Of a DNA stretch of 40,383 bases, positions 22,952 through 30,566 are shown in pieces. A program made the position numbers and the translations under genes. This DNA is from an uncultured Candidatus Saccharibacteria bacterium (GTDB lineage Bacteria; Patescibacteriota; Minisyncoccia; Minisyncoccales; Staskawiczbacteraceae). The stretch lies in the NCBI GenBank assembly GCA_964372785.1, contig CAYJSA010000001.1:2226-42608 (forward strand). The letters run 5' to 3'. The notes under the pieces were generated by a model. It searched no databases. It saw only the letters and a program-made list of their open reading frames with translations, and was not told where the DNA came from. The first letter of the stretch is position 1. The number at the start of each line of letters is the position of its first letter.

Positions 22952-23724
22952 AAATAAAAATTATACTAACCATAATACTTTTAATCGTTACCGTTGCGCT
23001 GGCCGGGGTTGCTATTTTTACCAGTTTCAACAAAAAAACAGATGGTATCAACAGTTTTGAAAAATGCCAGGCTGCCGGTTACCAAATTCTAGAAACATTC
23101 CCGGCGCAGTGTAAAACTCCTGAAGGCAAGACCTTTAAACAGGTAATTAACCCGCCAAAAGCTGATTTCAATACGCCGGTAAGCCTATCTCCCGGAAAAC
23201 GTACCACCTTCGCTGACGGCTTGCGGGTAGCATTAGTGGGCCTGAATGATTCTCGTTGCCCCAAAACGGCTGTTTGTGTTTGGGCGGGAGAAATAACGGC
23301 CCAATTTAATATTTTGGGTGGCAAAATAGCTGAAGAAAAAGAATTCCGGCTTGGCACCGTAAATGTAAAAAGCACTAACACCGGCGATTATACCTTTATT
23401 TTAAATGATGCGAATCTGAAAACAGCAACGTTTATGGTAACCGAAGGTGACACTATTCCCACTGAAACATCAAGCCCAAATAATGCAGAAGCGGGCGGAA
23501 CTGTACAGCCCGAGCCAGTATGTTTTGTGGGCGGTTGCAACAACGAAATTTGTTCCAGCCAAAAGAGTATTGCCTCTACCTGTGCATACAGACAAGAGTT
23601 TGCTTGTTACGAAAGCGCCAAATGTGAAAAACAGCAAAACGGTCAATGTGGCTGGACGCAAACAAAAGAACTTAAAACTTGTATAAATAAAGCCGTAAGT
23701 TCCGGCCAAGGACTGGCCCAGTAA
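22948..23724 (+). CDS. membrane-anchored exported protein with Cys-rich C-terminal domain
   Basis: N-terminal TM and a C-terminal CFVGGCNNEICSS...CAYRQEFACYESAKCEKQQNGQCGW. ATGA overlap with the NUDIX gene. Confidence 0.6.
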   Translation: MKIKIILTIILLIVTVALAGVAIFTSFNKKTDGINSFEKCQAAGYQILETFPAQCKTPEGKTFKQVINPPKADFNTPVSLSPGKRTTFADGLRVALVGLNDSRCPKTAVCVWAGEITAQFNILGGKIAEEKEFRLGTVNVKSTNTGDYTFILNDANLKTATFMVTEGDTIPTETSSPNNAEAGGTVQPEPVCFVGGCNNEICSSQKSIASTCAYRQEFACYESAKCEKQQNGQCGWTQTKELKTCINKAVSSGQGLAQ

Positions 23725-23725
23725 T

Positions 23726-24169
23726 ATGGCAATACATTTAAAGAAGGCTGACAATTCTGATATTGAAGAATTGGTGGAGCTTGAAAAAAGCGTTACGGGC
23801 ACAAAAATATATGTACCCATGCTTACCCAAGAAGAATGGATGGTGGTTTTAGAAATAGGTGTGGCGTATCTTATCATGTACGGCAGTACCCTGGTGGGCA
23901 ATATTTCATATGAAAACAAGGGCAGAGACAGGGTGCATATCAGCGGATTGGTAATTAGCCCACAGTTTCAGGGGCAGGGTTTTGGGCGCGAGGCACTGGT
24001 AAAAGTACTTGAAGAGCTGAAAGACGTAAAAAGGATTGATTTGGTTACCCATCCAAAAAATGCCAAGGCACTTGAACTGTATACATCGCTAGGTTTTGTT
24101 GTGGAATCAGAGAAAGAAAATTATTACGGTGATGGAGAGCCAAGATTAATTTTGGTACTAAAAAGATGA
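23726..24169 (+). CDS. GNAT family N-acetyltransferase
   Basis: Motif A QGQGFGREAL. 147 aa. Confidence 0.8.
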   Translation: MAIHLKKADNSDIEELVELEKSVTGTKIYVPMLTQEEWMVVLEIGVAYLIMYGSTLVGNISYENKGRDRVHISGLVISPQFQGQGFGREALVKVLEELKDVKRIDLVTHPKNAKALELYTSLGFVVESEKENYYGDGEPRLILVLKR

Positions 24170-24630
24170 TGTTAACTGCCCAAGAAATTAAAAAAGCTGT
24201 GGCTAATGGCGAAATAATAGTTGATCCGTTTGATGAAGCGAATTTAAAGCCCGCCAGTTATTCGTTTACGCTTGGAAATAAATTTAAAAAATTAAAGAAA
24301 AAAGAATTTTTGGATTCAAAAGTCAAGGAACAAGAATTTGAAGAATTTGAATTAGGAGAAGACGGTTATTTGTTGCAGCCGGGTGAATTTATCATTTGCC
24401 ACACGGCCGAAACGCTTAAACTGGCAAAGAATATCGCTTGCTTCTTGGCTATGCGTGGTGCCAAAGGGCAAATGGGGCTGGACGCGCTTGGTGGAGAAAT
24501 TTTCTGTGAGCCCGGATCTGAAGGCGGATGGGATGGCAAACTAATGCTGGAAATGACAAATAAGGGACCCTATCCAATAAAATTATTTTCTGGTGTTACA
24601 ATAGTAAAGGCGATATTTTTTAGAATGTAA
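24166..24630 (+). CDS. dcd: dCTP deaminase / dUTPase-superfamily protein (short)
   Basis: IVDPFDEANLKPASYSFTLG, LQPGEFIICHTAE and MRGAKGQMGL resemble Dcd. Confidence 0.7.
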   Translation: MMLTAQEIKKAVANGEIIVDPFDEANLKPASYSFTLGNKFKKLKKKEFLDSKVKEQEFEEFELGEDGYLLQPGEFIICHTAETLKLAKNIACFLAMRGAKGQMGLDALGGEIFCEPGSEGGWDGKLMLEMTNKGPYPIKLFSGVTIVKAIFFRM

Positions 24631-24730
24631 ATATGAAAAAAATTTACATTAATTCAAAATATTTAACTTTTGTTAACCCCAACGCTAAATTGGTTGAGCC
24701 GTGATTTTTGGGATGACTGGGGGCTTAGGG

Positions 24731-24766
24731 CAACACGCCAATCATGGGCCCATGATTGGCGTGTTG
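24731..24766. repeat. 36-bp perfect zero-loop palindrome
   Basis: CAACACGCCAATCATGGG|CCCATGATTGGCGTGTTG. It shares the 10-mer CAACACGCCA with the palindrome at 484-533. Confidence 0.8.
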
Positions 24767-24833
24767 AAACAAAGTCGGTCAAATAGCCGGTTTTTGGTTG
24801 AAATTTGGCTAAAAAGTGATATATTGATGTCAA

Positions 24834-25736
24834 ATGAAGCAGAAAAAACCCGCCTTCGCGCAAGGCTTCGGCGTGGCGAAGGGAAAATACATTGTCATAC
24901 TTTTTTATAAGTTTGCGAATGTTAAAAATCCGGAAAAATTCCGTGACAAGCAAAAGAAAATTGCCGCGCGTTTTAGTTTGCTCGGCAGGTTGTTAGTTGC
25001 TCCCGAAGGAATTAATGGTACTTTTGAAGGTACTGCTAAAAACGTTAAAGCCTATATCCGCCATCAACGAAAGGACAAATTCTTTAAAGATATTGTATTT
25101 AAAGAAAGTGCAGGAAATGGAAAGGCGTTCACCAAACTTATGATAAAAACTCGGCCGGAAACGGTGACGCTAGGAGTTGGCGACTTAAACGTGAAAAAGA
25201 ATACTAGCAAAATGGTAACTGCCGCGCAACTTCAAAAAATGTATGAAAAAAATGAGGACTTTGTGGTTTTGGATTTACGTAACGATTATGAAATCCAGGC
25301 CGGGTATTTTGAAAAGACCGTGAACCCTAAAATGCGATTTTTCCGCGAACTTCCGGAAAAAATAAAAGAGTTGGAACATTTGAAGAACAAAAAGGTGATT
25401 ACGGTCTGTACGGGTGATATCCGCTGTGAAAAGGGGACTTGTTTGTTAAAAAAAGAAGGATTTGAAAATGTATACCAGCTAAAAGATGGCATCCATACTT
25501 ATATGAAAAAATTCCCCGGCAAACGGTTTAAGGGAACACTATTTGTATTTGATAATAGAATGACAACTACCGTGGTTGATGCGCCAAATCGCGAAATTGT
25601 GGCGCGCTGTGCATTTTGTAGTAAAAAATGCGAAGAATTCTACAATAACGATTCAATCAGGCCATCACACAAGGTGGTGTGCTGTGAAACGTGTATTGTG
25701 CGACACAAGAAGTTGCGCAGGTGCATACCAGTATGA
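24834..25736 (+). CDS. trhO: rhodanese-domain protein of the TrhO/YceA (UPF0176) family
   Basis: ILFYKF...APEGINGTFEG N-domain, rhodanese CTGDIRCEK, C-terminal Cys cluster. The start is uncertain (ATG 24834 or GTG 24873). Confidence 0.7.
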   Translation: MKQKKPAFAQGFGVAKGKYIVILFYKFANVKNPEKFRDKQKKIAARFSLLGRLLVAPEGINGTFEGTAKNVKAYIRHQRKDKFFKDIVFKESAGNGKAFTKLMIKTRPETVTLGVGDLNVKKNTSKMVTAAQLQKMYEKNEDFVVLDLRNDYEIQAGYFEKTVNPKMRFFRELPEKIKELEHLKNKKVITVCTGDIRCEKGTCLLKKEGFENVYQLKDGIHTYMKKFPGKRFKGTLFVFDNRMTTTVVDAPNREIVARCAFCSKKCEEFYNNDSIRPSHKVVCCETCIVRHKKLRRCIPV

Positions 25737-25783
25737 ATTTTTGATATGGATTATTATTTGGTAACATAGAATAGGCCGAAGGG

Positions 25784-25811
25784 TTGACAGGGCATGTCCT
25801 TTTGATACCAT
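25784..25811 (+). promoter_or_regulatory. promoter of candidate RNA T1
   Basis: TTGACA (25784-25789), 16 nt, TGa-TACCAT (25803-25811). Confidence 0.5.
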
Positions 25812-25817
25812 TAGTCA

Positions 25818-26250
25818 CAAGATAGTTATTTTGAAAATAGTGGCATTGGTTAACTGTTTCTGGGATTGTTTATTAGAAGTAATAAATAGCCCCAGAGACA
25901 GTTGGCAGGGTATTGCAAAGCACCTCGGGAAATCACACTAATAATTACCGGGAGGGAACCCGGTGTGATTGGTGTTAGCAATGCAATGAAATGCAGTTAA
26001 GTGCCGCATTGTGGACCTGTTCCACCGGAAGGGGGGAAGTACTGTTTGGAGTACGAGGTTTGTTTGGGAACTACGGTTAAATCCCAGATGTACGTCTGCT
26101 CAAAAAGTGGCATTTATGCCGTAAGTCTTCCTCCGGTGTCACAACCCTCTGCCGACTCTCTGTTTCGCTCTTTGTCATCCGTTTCTATATCCGCCTCTGC
26201 GGATTTCGCATAAGGGCCACAACTTCACTGTTGTGGCCTGGTTCATTTTA
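25818..26250 (+). ncRNA. candidate ~430-nt structured RNA of unknown class (T1)
   Basis: It has its own promoter. Conserved leader hairpin 25854-25864/25891-25901. Helices AATCACAC/GTGTGATT and CACCGG..GGAAG/CTTCC..CCGGTG. Terminal hairpin GGCCACAAC-TTCACT-GTTGTGGCC (26215-26238). No SD-led ORF. Confidence 0.4.
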
Positions 26251-26264
26251 TAGTGGTCGAAGAG

Positions 26265-26293
26265 TTGACCAAATCCCATGATTTTGATAGTAT
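26265..26293 (+). promoter_or_regulatory. promoter of the tRNA-Trp transcript (T2)
   Basis: TTGACC (26265-26270), 17 nt, TGa-TAGTAT (26285-26293). The flanks are homologous to the T1 promoter. Confidence 0.5.
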
Positions 26294-26299
26294 CTGTTA

Positions 26300-26569
26300 T
26301 TGTTCTTGAACGTTTAGATTTATAAATCATCGGTCTCTTAGATTGTTTATTAAATATTAATTAATAGTCTAAGAGGCAGATGGCATGGCACTGTGACTTC
26401 GTTTTCTCTGCGCGCTTCGCGTCGCGCAACTTCTTCAGGGGAAAATAGAGGTTCAACTTTGATCAGTTGGCAAGTCGTTGGCGCGTTGTTGGCCATAGAA
26501 CTTGTGGGTTGGGCGATTCCTCTTCGTTGAGCCCGATTCCCGTGTCATCTACCCTCTTTCACTTAAAGT
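26300..26569 (+). other. ~270-nt structured 5' leader of tRNA-Trp
   Basis: Leader hairpin 26333-26342/26368-26377 is homologous to the T1 hairpin. GTTGGC x3 with an 11-nt period (26466-26494). CGATTCC x2. Confidence 0.4.
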
Positions 26570-26641
26570 GGCGCTGTTGCTTAATCGGCAAAGCCTTGGA
26601 TTCCAACTCCAACTATGCGGGTTCGATTCCCGCCGGCGCTA
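26570..26641 (+). tRNA. tRNA-Trp (anticodon CCA)
   Basis: Acceptor GGCGCTG/CGGCGCT (two G-U pairs), D arm GCTT/AAGC, anticodon arm TTGGA-TTCCAAC-TCCAA, T arm GCGGG-TTCGATT-CCCGC. Confidence 0.85.
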
Positions 26642-26650
26642 TTTCACCAA

Positions 26651-26678
26651 AGGGTCACAGCTTATTAGTTGTGACCCT
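26651..26678 (+). terminator. hairpin terminator after tRNA-Trp
   Basis: AGGGTCACA-10 nt-TGTGACCCT, then TCTCCATTTT. Confidence 0.55.
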
Positions 26679-26745
26679 TCTCCATTTTAAGAGGAGGTTT
26701 CATTGATTTTAAGTAATTTTTATACTACAATTGTTATAAGTTTAT

Positions 26746-26820
26746 GCGCGTGTAGTTCAGTGGTAGAACGCCAAACTGATAATTTGGAGGTCGAAGGTCC
26801 GATTCCTTCCACGCGCACCA
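26746..26820 (+). tRNA. tRNA-Ile (anticodon GAU), CCA encoded, atypical T loop
   Basis: Acceptor GCGCGTG/CACGCGC, anticodon arm CCAAA-CTGATAA-TTTGG, T arm GAAGG-TCCGATT-CCTTC (C at position 55). Confidence 0.85.
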
Positions 26821-26881
26821 ACCATACAATAGGACAAAAAGGTCGCAAAATTGAATTTACTCAAAGTAGACAAATATTATT

Positions 26882-27163
26882 ATGGCAAAATTTGTAACAA
26901 AAAAAGACGGAACCAAGTTTCCTTTTGATCCGGCAAAAATAAAGGCTTCCGTGGTAGCAGCTTGTTTAGACACTGAACTTTCAAACGCGGAAGCGGACAA
27001 GATTTCAGTAGAAATTTTTGATTTAGTATCAGGGGCGCTTAAAGATATAGATGAGGTTCCTACAACTGAAGTAAGGGATAAGGTACTTGCAGAGTTGGAC
27101 ATGTTGCACCCTAATATTGCTGAAGCTTGGCGGAGGTACGAAGCGACAAAAGTGATTGAATAG
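26882..27163 (+). CDS. stand-alone ATP-cone domain protein
   Basis: VTKKDGTKFPFDPAKIKASV...EVPTTEVRDKVLAEL fits the ATP-cone pattern. 93 aa. Confidence 0.6.
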   Translation: MAKFVTKKDGTKFPFDPAKIKASVVAACLDTELSNAEADKISVEIFDLVSGALKDIDEVPTTEVRDKVLAELDMLHPNIAEAWRRYEATKVIE

Positions 27164-27232
27164 TTATATACCTAAACCCCCTAAAGAGGGGTTTTTGGTT
27201 TACATACGAGGTTTTAAGGTATAGTATGAAAG

Positions 27233-27506
27233 TAAAATGAACTCCGTTAGAAGTTATAGTATGTTAACGGGAGTTTGGGAGGGTTAAAATGTCGTAAACA
27301 ATAAACATTAAAAAGAGCAAGCAAAGATTATTTTAGTAAAGTAATCTTTGCCCAGACTTCTAATTGGAGGGGGTGAACCCCGTTAGAAGTCTTGGGAATA
27401 GAAAAATTTTACAAAATTTTTCTACTAAGGCAAACAAGGTTTAATAAATAATAGAACTGTTCTAAATTAATCATATTGATTATAATAAGAACAGACTTCT
27501 AACGGG
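27233..27506 (+). promoter_or_regulatory. multi-hairpin leader with a candidate RBS/start-sequestering switch for the DUF167 gene
   Basis: Putative promoter TTTACA-N17-TAGTAT (27199-27227). Five ~10-bp hairpins. 27378-27392 is perfectly complementary to 27493-27507. Confidence 0.4.
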
Positions 27507-27728
27507 GTGAAAATCATTGTAAAGGCAAAACCTGGGGCAAAGGAAGATAAGATAGAAAAAGTGGATGAATTCAACTATACCGTGTATGTAAAAGCGTCCC
27601 CTATCGACGGGAAAGCAAATGCGGCGATTATCAAATTGTTAGCAAGCCATTTTGATATAAGCCAGTCATTGGTTGAGATCATTTCTGGGCACATGGCCAG
27701 AACCAAAGTAATTGAGATACATAATTAG
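27507..27728 (+). CDS. yggU: DUF167 (YggU-like) protein
   Basis: GTG start. MKIIVKAKPGAKEDKI...ASPIDGKANAAIIKLLA...GHMARTKVIEI. Confidence 0.75.
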   Translation: MKIIVKAKPGAKEDKIEKVDEFNYTVYVKASPIDGKANAAIIKLLASHFDISQSLVEIISGHMARTKVIEIHN

Positions 27729-27746
27729 TTTTAAGAAAAGGTATTG

Positions 27747-27812
27747 ACCCCGCACCTATTGAACATTGTGCTCTGCACAACGAACGAAAGTTATGTTCAA
27801 TAGGTGCGGGGT
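27747..27812 (+). terminator. long hairpin terminator
   Basis: 20-bp perfect stem ACCCCGCACCTATTGAACAT / ATGTTCAATAGGTGCGGGGT followed by TGATTTTTTTT. Confidence 0.7.
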
Positions 27813-27837
27813 TGATTTTTTTTAAACGAGAGGTAGA

Positions 27838-29400
27838 ATGTACCTAATGAAGAGAAAGTCCAAACAATCCAAAAAGAAGAAACCAGCACCAAAAAAGCCT
27901 CGGAAGGTTTTGGTGAAAAGAAAAAAAACGGCTAAAAAGTCCCGTAAAAAGTTTTCAGTTAAGAGAAAGAGGGTGGCTAAAGTAAAAAAAGCAGGCCGAA
28001 AAAAGATACGAAAAGTACTAAAAAAAGTAGTAAAAAAGCCAAATAAAGCGCCCAAAAAGAAAAAACATATTGTCCAGGGGCTTGCCCAAAACACTTTTTC
28101 GGCGAAGTCTTTTTTTAAGGCAAAAATTAAAGTTATTGGTATTGGCGGTGGGGGCGGGTCAATTGTTTCGGAAATCGGTAGGTCCTTGCACAAAGCCTCC
28201 TTTGTGATTGCGGATACGGATGTGAGGGCCTTTAAAAAGCGCCGAGGAATTAAGTACTTTTTGTTCGGCCAGGAACTAACCCATGGATTGGGAACAGGGT
28301 TAAACACAGATTTGGCAAAACGGGCGGCTGAGCAGGAGATAGAAAATATTTCAAAACTTTTTAAAGACCAGGACATTGTTATCTTCGTTGCGTGTTTGGG
28401 CGGGGGTTTGGGGTCGGGTGCCACCCAGGTCTTTGCCGAAGCTACCAAGAATTTTGATGGCATTGCGTTTGGCATATTTACCTTGCCGTTTAAGTTTGAG
28501 GGTAAAAACAAGTATAAGATAGCCACTAAGTCGCTTAGGCAGTTACGCAAGTCTTTGAACGTTTCCATCACCATACCCAACGAGAAGATTTTTAAAATAA
28601 TCGACCAAAATACTGCCATTACTGACGCCTTTTCCATGGTTAATAAAAATTTGATTGAATCATTGGAAAGCCTGATTGATTTAATTTACAACCCCGGAGT
28701 AATCAACATTGATTTTGCCGATGTGCGGGCCATATTGCGAGGTCGGGGAAACTTGGCGTTTTTAAACACTGCGGAGGCGTCAGGTAAAGACCGGGCAGAG
28801 ACCATCATTAAGGACATTTTGTACAACCCCCTATATCAAAATAGTAACTTTACTGCTGAGAAGGTGTTGTTTAACATTGCGGGCGGTGGGGCTTTGGGTA
28901 TGTTTGAAGTGGATAAAATCAGCAGGGTAATTGCGGCCCAAAATCCGAAGGCGAAAATTATTTTTGGCATTTCAAAAGATTCAAAACTAAAAAGTAAAAT
29001 AAAAACAACACTGTTAATGACCGGACCGTCGGCTGGTACGCCACTTGAGCCAGTGATTAAAAAGGTAATTAAGCCGGTTACAAAACAAAAACTCAAAGTT
29101 AAAAAAACTGCGCCGGTTAAAAAAACCGCCACTAAGGTTGCAAAACCCAAGAAGTTCAGAAAGAAAACAAAAAAAGTTGCTCCGATAGAAAATACGTTCG
29201 TTCCGATTTTTAATCCTATGGCAGAGGAAGCCGGATTGAAAAAATTCAGCATTGACCAAGTGGCGGATAACGGAAAAAAGGCCATTAGAAGAAACGCTTT
29301 GGACATAAAAAGGGATGAGGAGTTGGAGGAAAACAGAAAATCAGAACAAGAAAAAGAATGGGAGATTCCAGCGTTTTTGAGGAAAGTAAAATTTAAATAA
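27838..29400 (+). CDS. ftsZ: cell-division GTPase FtsZ with Lys-rich N- and C-terminal extensions
   Basis: GIGGGGGSIV, GGGLGSGATQV. GAGAGG SD. About 95 aa of K-rich sequence before the core. Confidence 0.9.
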   Translation: MYLMKRKSKQSKKKKPAPKKPRKVLVKRKKTAKKSRKKFSVKRKRVAKVKKAGRKKIRKVLKKVVKKPNKAPKKKKHIVQGLAQNTFSAKSFFKAKIKVIGIGGGGGSIVSEIGRSLHKASFVIADTDVRAFKKRRGIKYFLFGQELTHGLGTGLNTDLAKRAAEQEIENISKLFKDQDIVIFVACLGGGLGSGATQVFAEATKNFDGIAFGIFTLPFKFEGKNKYKIATKSLRQLRKSLNVSITIPNEKIFKIIDQNTAITDAFSMVNKNLIESLESLIDLIYNPGVINIDFADVRAILRGRGNLAFLNTAEASGKDRAETIIKDILYNPLYQNSNFTAEKVLFNIAGGGALGMFEVDKISRVIAAQNPKAKIIFGISKDSKLKSKIKTTLLMTGPSAGTPLEPVIKKVIKPVTKQKLKVKKTAPVKKTATKVAKPKKFRKKTKKVAPIENTFVPIFNPMAEEAGLKKFSIDQVADNGKKAIRRNALDIKRDEELEENRKSEQEKEWEIPAFLRKVKFK

Positions 29401-29411
29401 TAAAATGAGCA

Positions 29412-29480
29412 TGCCCCAGTACTAGAGCGCCGCGGTACTAGAGCAGGGCTCAGTACACGGTAAAAAGCTCAGTACGGGGC
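29412..29480. repeat. GTAC-word repeat region (GTACTAGAGC x2, CAGTAC x2)
   Basis: GTACTAGAGC at 29419-29428 and 29435-29444. CAGTAC at 29451 and 29470. Outer complementarity GCCCCAGTAC / GTACGGGGC. Confidence 0.5.
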
Positions 29481-29624
29481 TACCCCGTAGAGAATTTTGA
29501 CTGGGGTGATTGAATTAAATTTGCAGGATCGGGATAAATTAGGTAAGAATGTTATATAAATAATTAACCGGAGAATTTAGGGCGAATATATCTTAATTTA
29601 ATTCGTCAAAATTCTTCTACTGGG

Positions 29625-30509
29625 GTGGAAGAAGAATCACCAATCAAAAAAGCTATTATTCCAATTGCGGGCCTGGGCACCAGGTTTTTACCGTTGTCTT
29701 TAGCTGTGTCAAAAGAGTTCTTTCCACTGATTGATAAACCTATTATTCAGTATGTTTTTGAGGAAGTGAAAAAATCCGGTATTAAAGAAATTGTGTTTGT
29801 GGTAAGCCCCAAACAGAAAATGATAATGAATTACTTTACCAAATCTCCGGAATTGGAAAAACTGTTGGTAAAACGCAAGAAAGATAAAATTTTAGAAGAA
29901 CTCAAACATTTTGAAAACTTATTTGAAGACATTACGTTTTCATATGTGGTGCAAAAAAATCCGCTGGGTGATGGCCACTCTATTTTGCAGGCGCAAAAGT
30001 TAGCAGGCGAAGAATCTGTGGCAGTTTCTTTCGGGGATGATGTAGTGGTTTCACAAGAACCCGCGCTTTTACAGTTAATGAATGTATTTAAGACCTGCAA
30101 TGCGCCCGTCATCGGTTTAAAATCAATGCCCAAAGAAGTTATCGGTGCCTATGGCAATGTTGCCGTGGAAAAAATTGCTCATGGGCTTTATAAAATTAAA
30201 AAAATTATTGAAAAACCGCTACCAGCTCAGGTGCAGTCAAATTTGGTTATTGTAGGTAAGTATGTTTTGACCCCTGAAGTATTTAATTATCTTAAAAAAG
30301 CCAAACCTTCTGAAAGGGGGGAAATCATTTTGAGCGAAGTGTTCGATAAAATGCTAAACGATGGCTTACCGATTTACGGATATGAAATAAAAGGGGAATG
30401 GCTGGAATGCGGAGATAAGCTAAAATGGTTGAAGTCATTCTTTTATATGGCACTTCACGACGAAAAATACGGAAAGGAATTGAAACAATATATAAAGTCT
30501 ATTCATTAA
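29625..30509 (+). CDS. galU: UTP--glucose-1-phosphate uridylyltransferase
   Basis: GTG start. AIIPIAGLGTRFLPLS, VEKP motif (IIEKP). Confidence 0.85.
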   Translation: MEEESPIKKAIIPIAGLGTRFLPLSLAVSKEFFPLIDKPIIQYVFEEVKKSGIKEIVFVVSPKQKMIMNYFTKSPELEKLLVKRKKDKILEELKHFENLFEDITFSYVVQKNPLGDGHSILQAQKLAGEESVAVSFGDDVVVSQEPALLQLMNVFKTCNAPVIGLKSMPKEVIGAYGNVAVEKIAHGLYKIKKIIEKPLPAQVQSNLVIVGKYVLTPEVFNYLKKAKPSERGEIILSEVFDKMLNDGLPIYGYEIKGEWLECGDKLKWLKSFFYMALHDEKYGKELKQYIKSIH

Positions 30510-30531
30510 AGTTATCCACAGGGCGTGGAGC

Positions 30532-30560
30532 TTGACAAGATTTTATACAAGGAATAGCAT
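30532..30560 (+). promoter_or_regulatory. promoter of cassette F
   Basis: TTGACA (30532-30537), 17 nt, TAGCAT (30555-30560). Confidence 0.5.
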
Positions 30561-30566
30561 CACTTA

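Noticed and set aside
24663-24953. ORFs 24663..24953(-) and 24701..24910(+) between dcd and trhO.
   Set aside because: Both run through the 36-bp perfect palindrome and the GC-rich spacer. They have no SD and overlap the start of the trhO-like gene.
25925-26140. Partial resemblances of T1 to cobalamin riboswitch elements (AGGGAA..GGTG, CCACCGGAAGGGGGGAAG), to the SRP RNA GGAA loop, and to RNase P.
   Set aside because: The motifs occur in the wrong order or context: the B12 box is absent, there is no GAGGAAAGUCC / ACAGAA..GGCUUA, and there is no GGAAGCAGC 3' side. No downstream gene is under its control. This needs Infernal to settle.
26001-26213. 70-aa ORF ending ...SADFA; I considered a small protein or a tmRNA tag-like reading frame.
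   Set aside because: It has no SD. No tRNA-like domain (GGGG 5' end, T arm plus CCA 3' end) flanks it, and the transcript ends in a plain hairpin. I kept it only as part of the candidate RNA T1.
27822-28637. 271-aa minus-strand ORF, and similar antisense ORFs inside backbone genes (e.g. 967..1386, 4066..4446, 17452..17850, 23470..23919, 28836..29306, 32613..33002).
   Set aside because: They lie fully inside well-supported + strand genes (ftsZ, murA, holB, prfB and others). They have low-complexity or nonsense-looking sequences and no SD or promoter. They are typical shadow ORFs.
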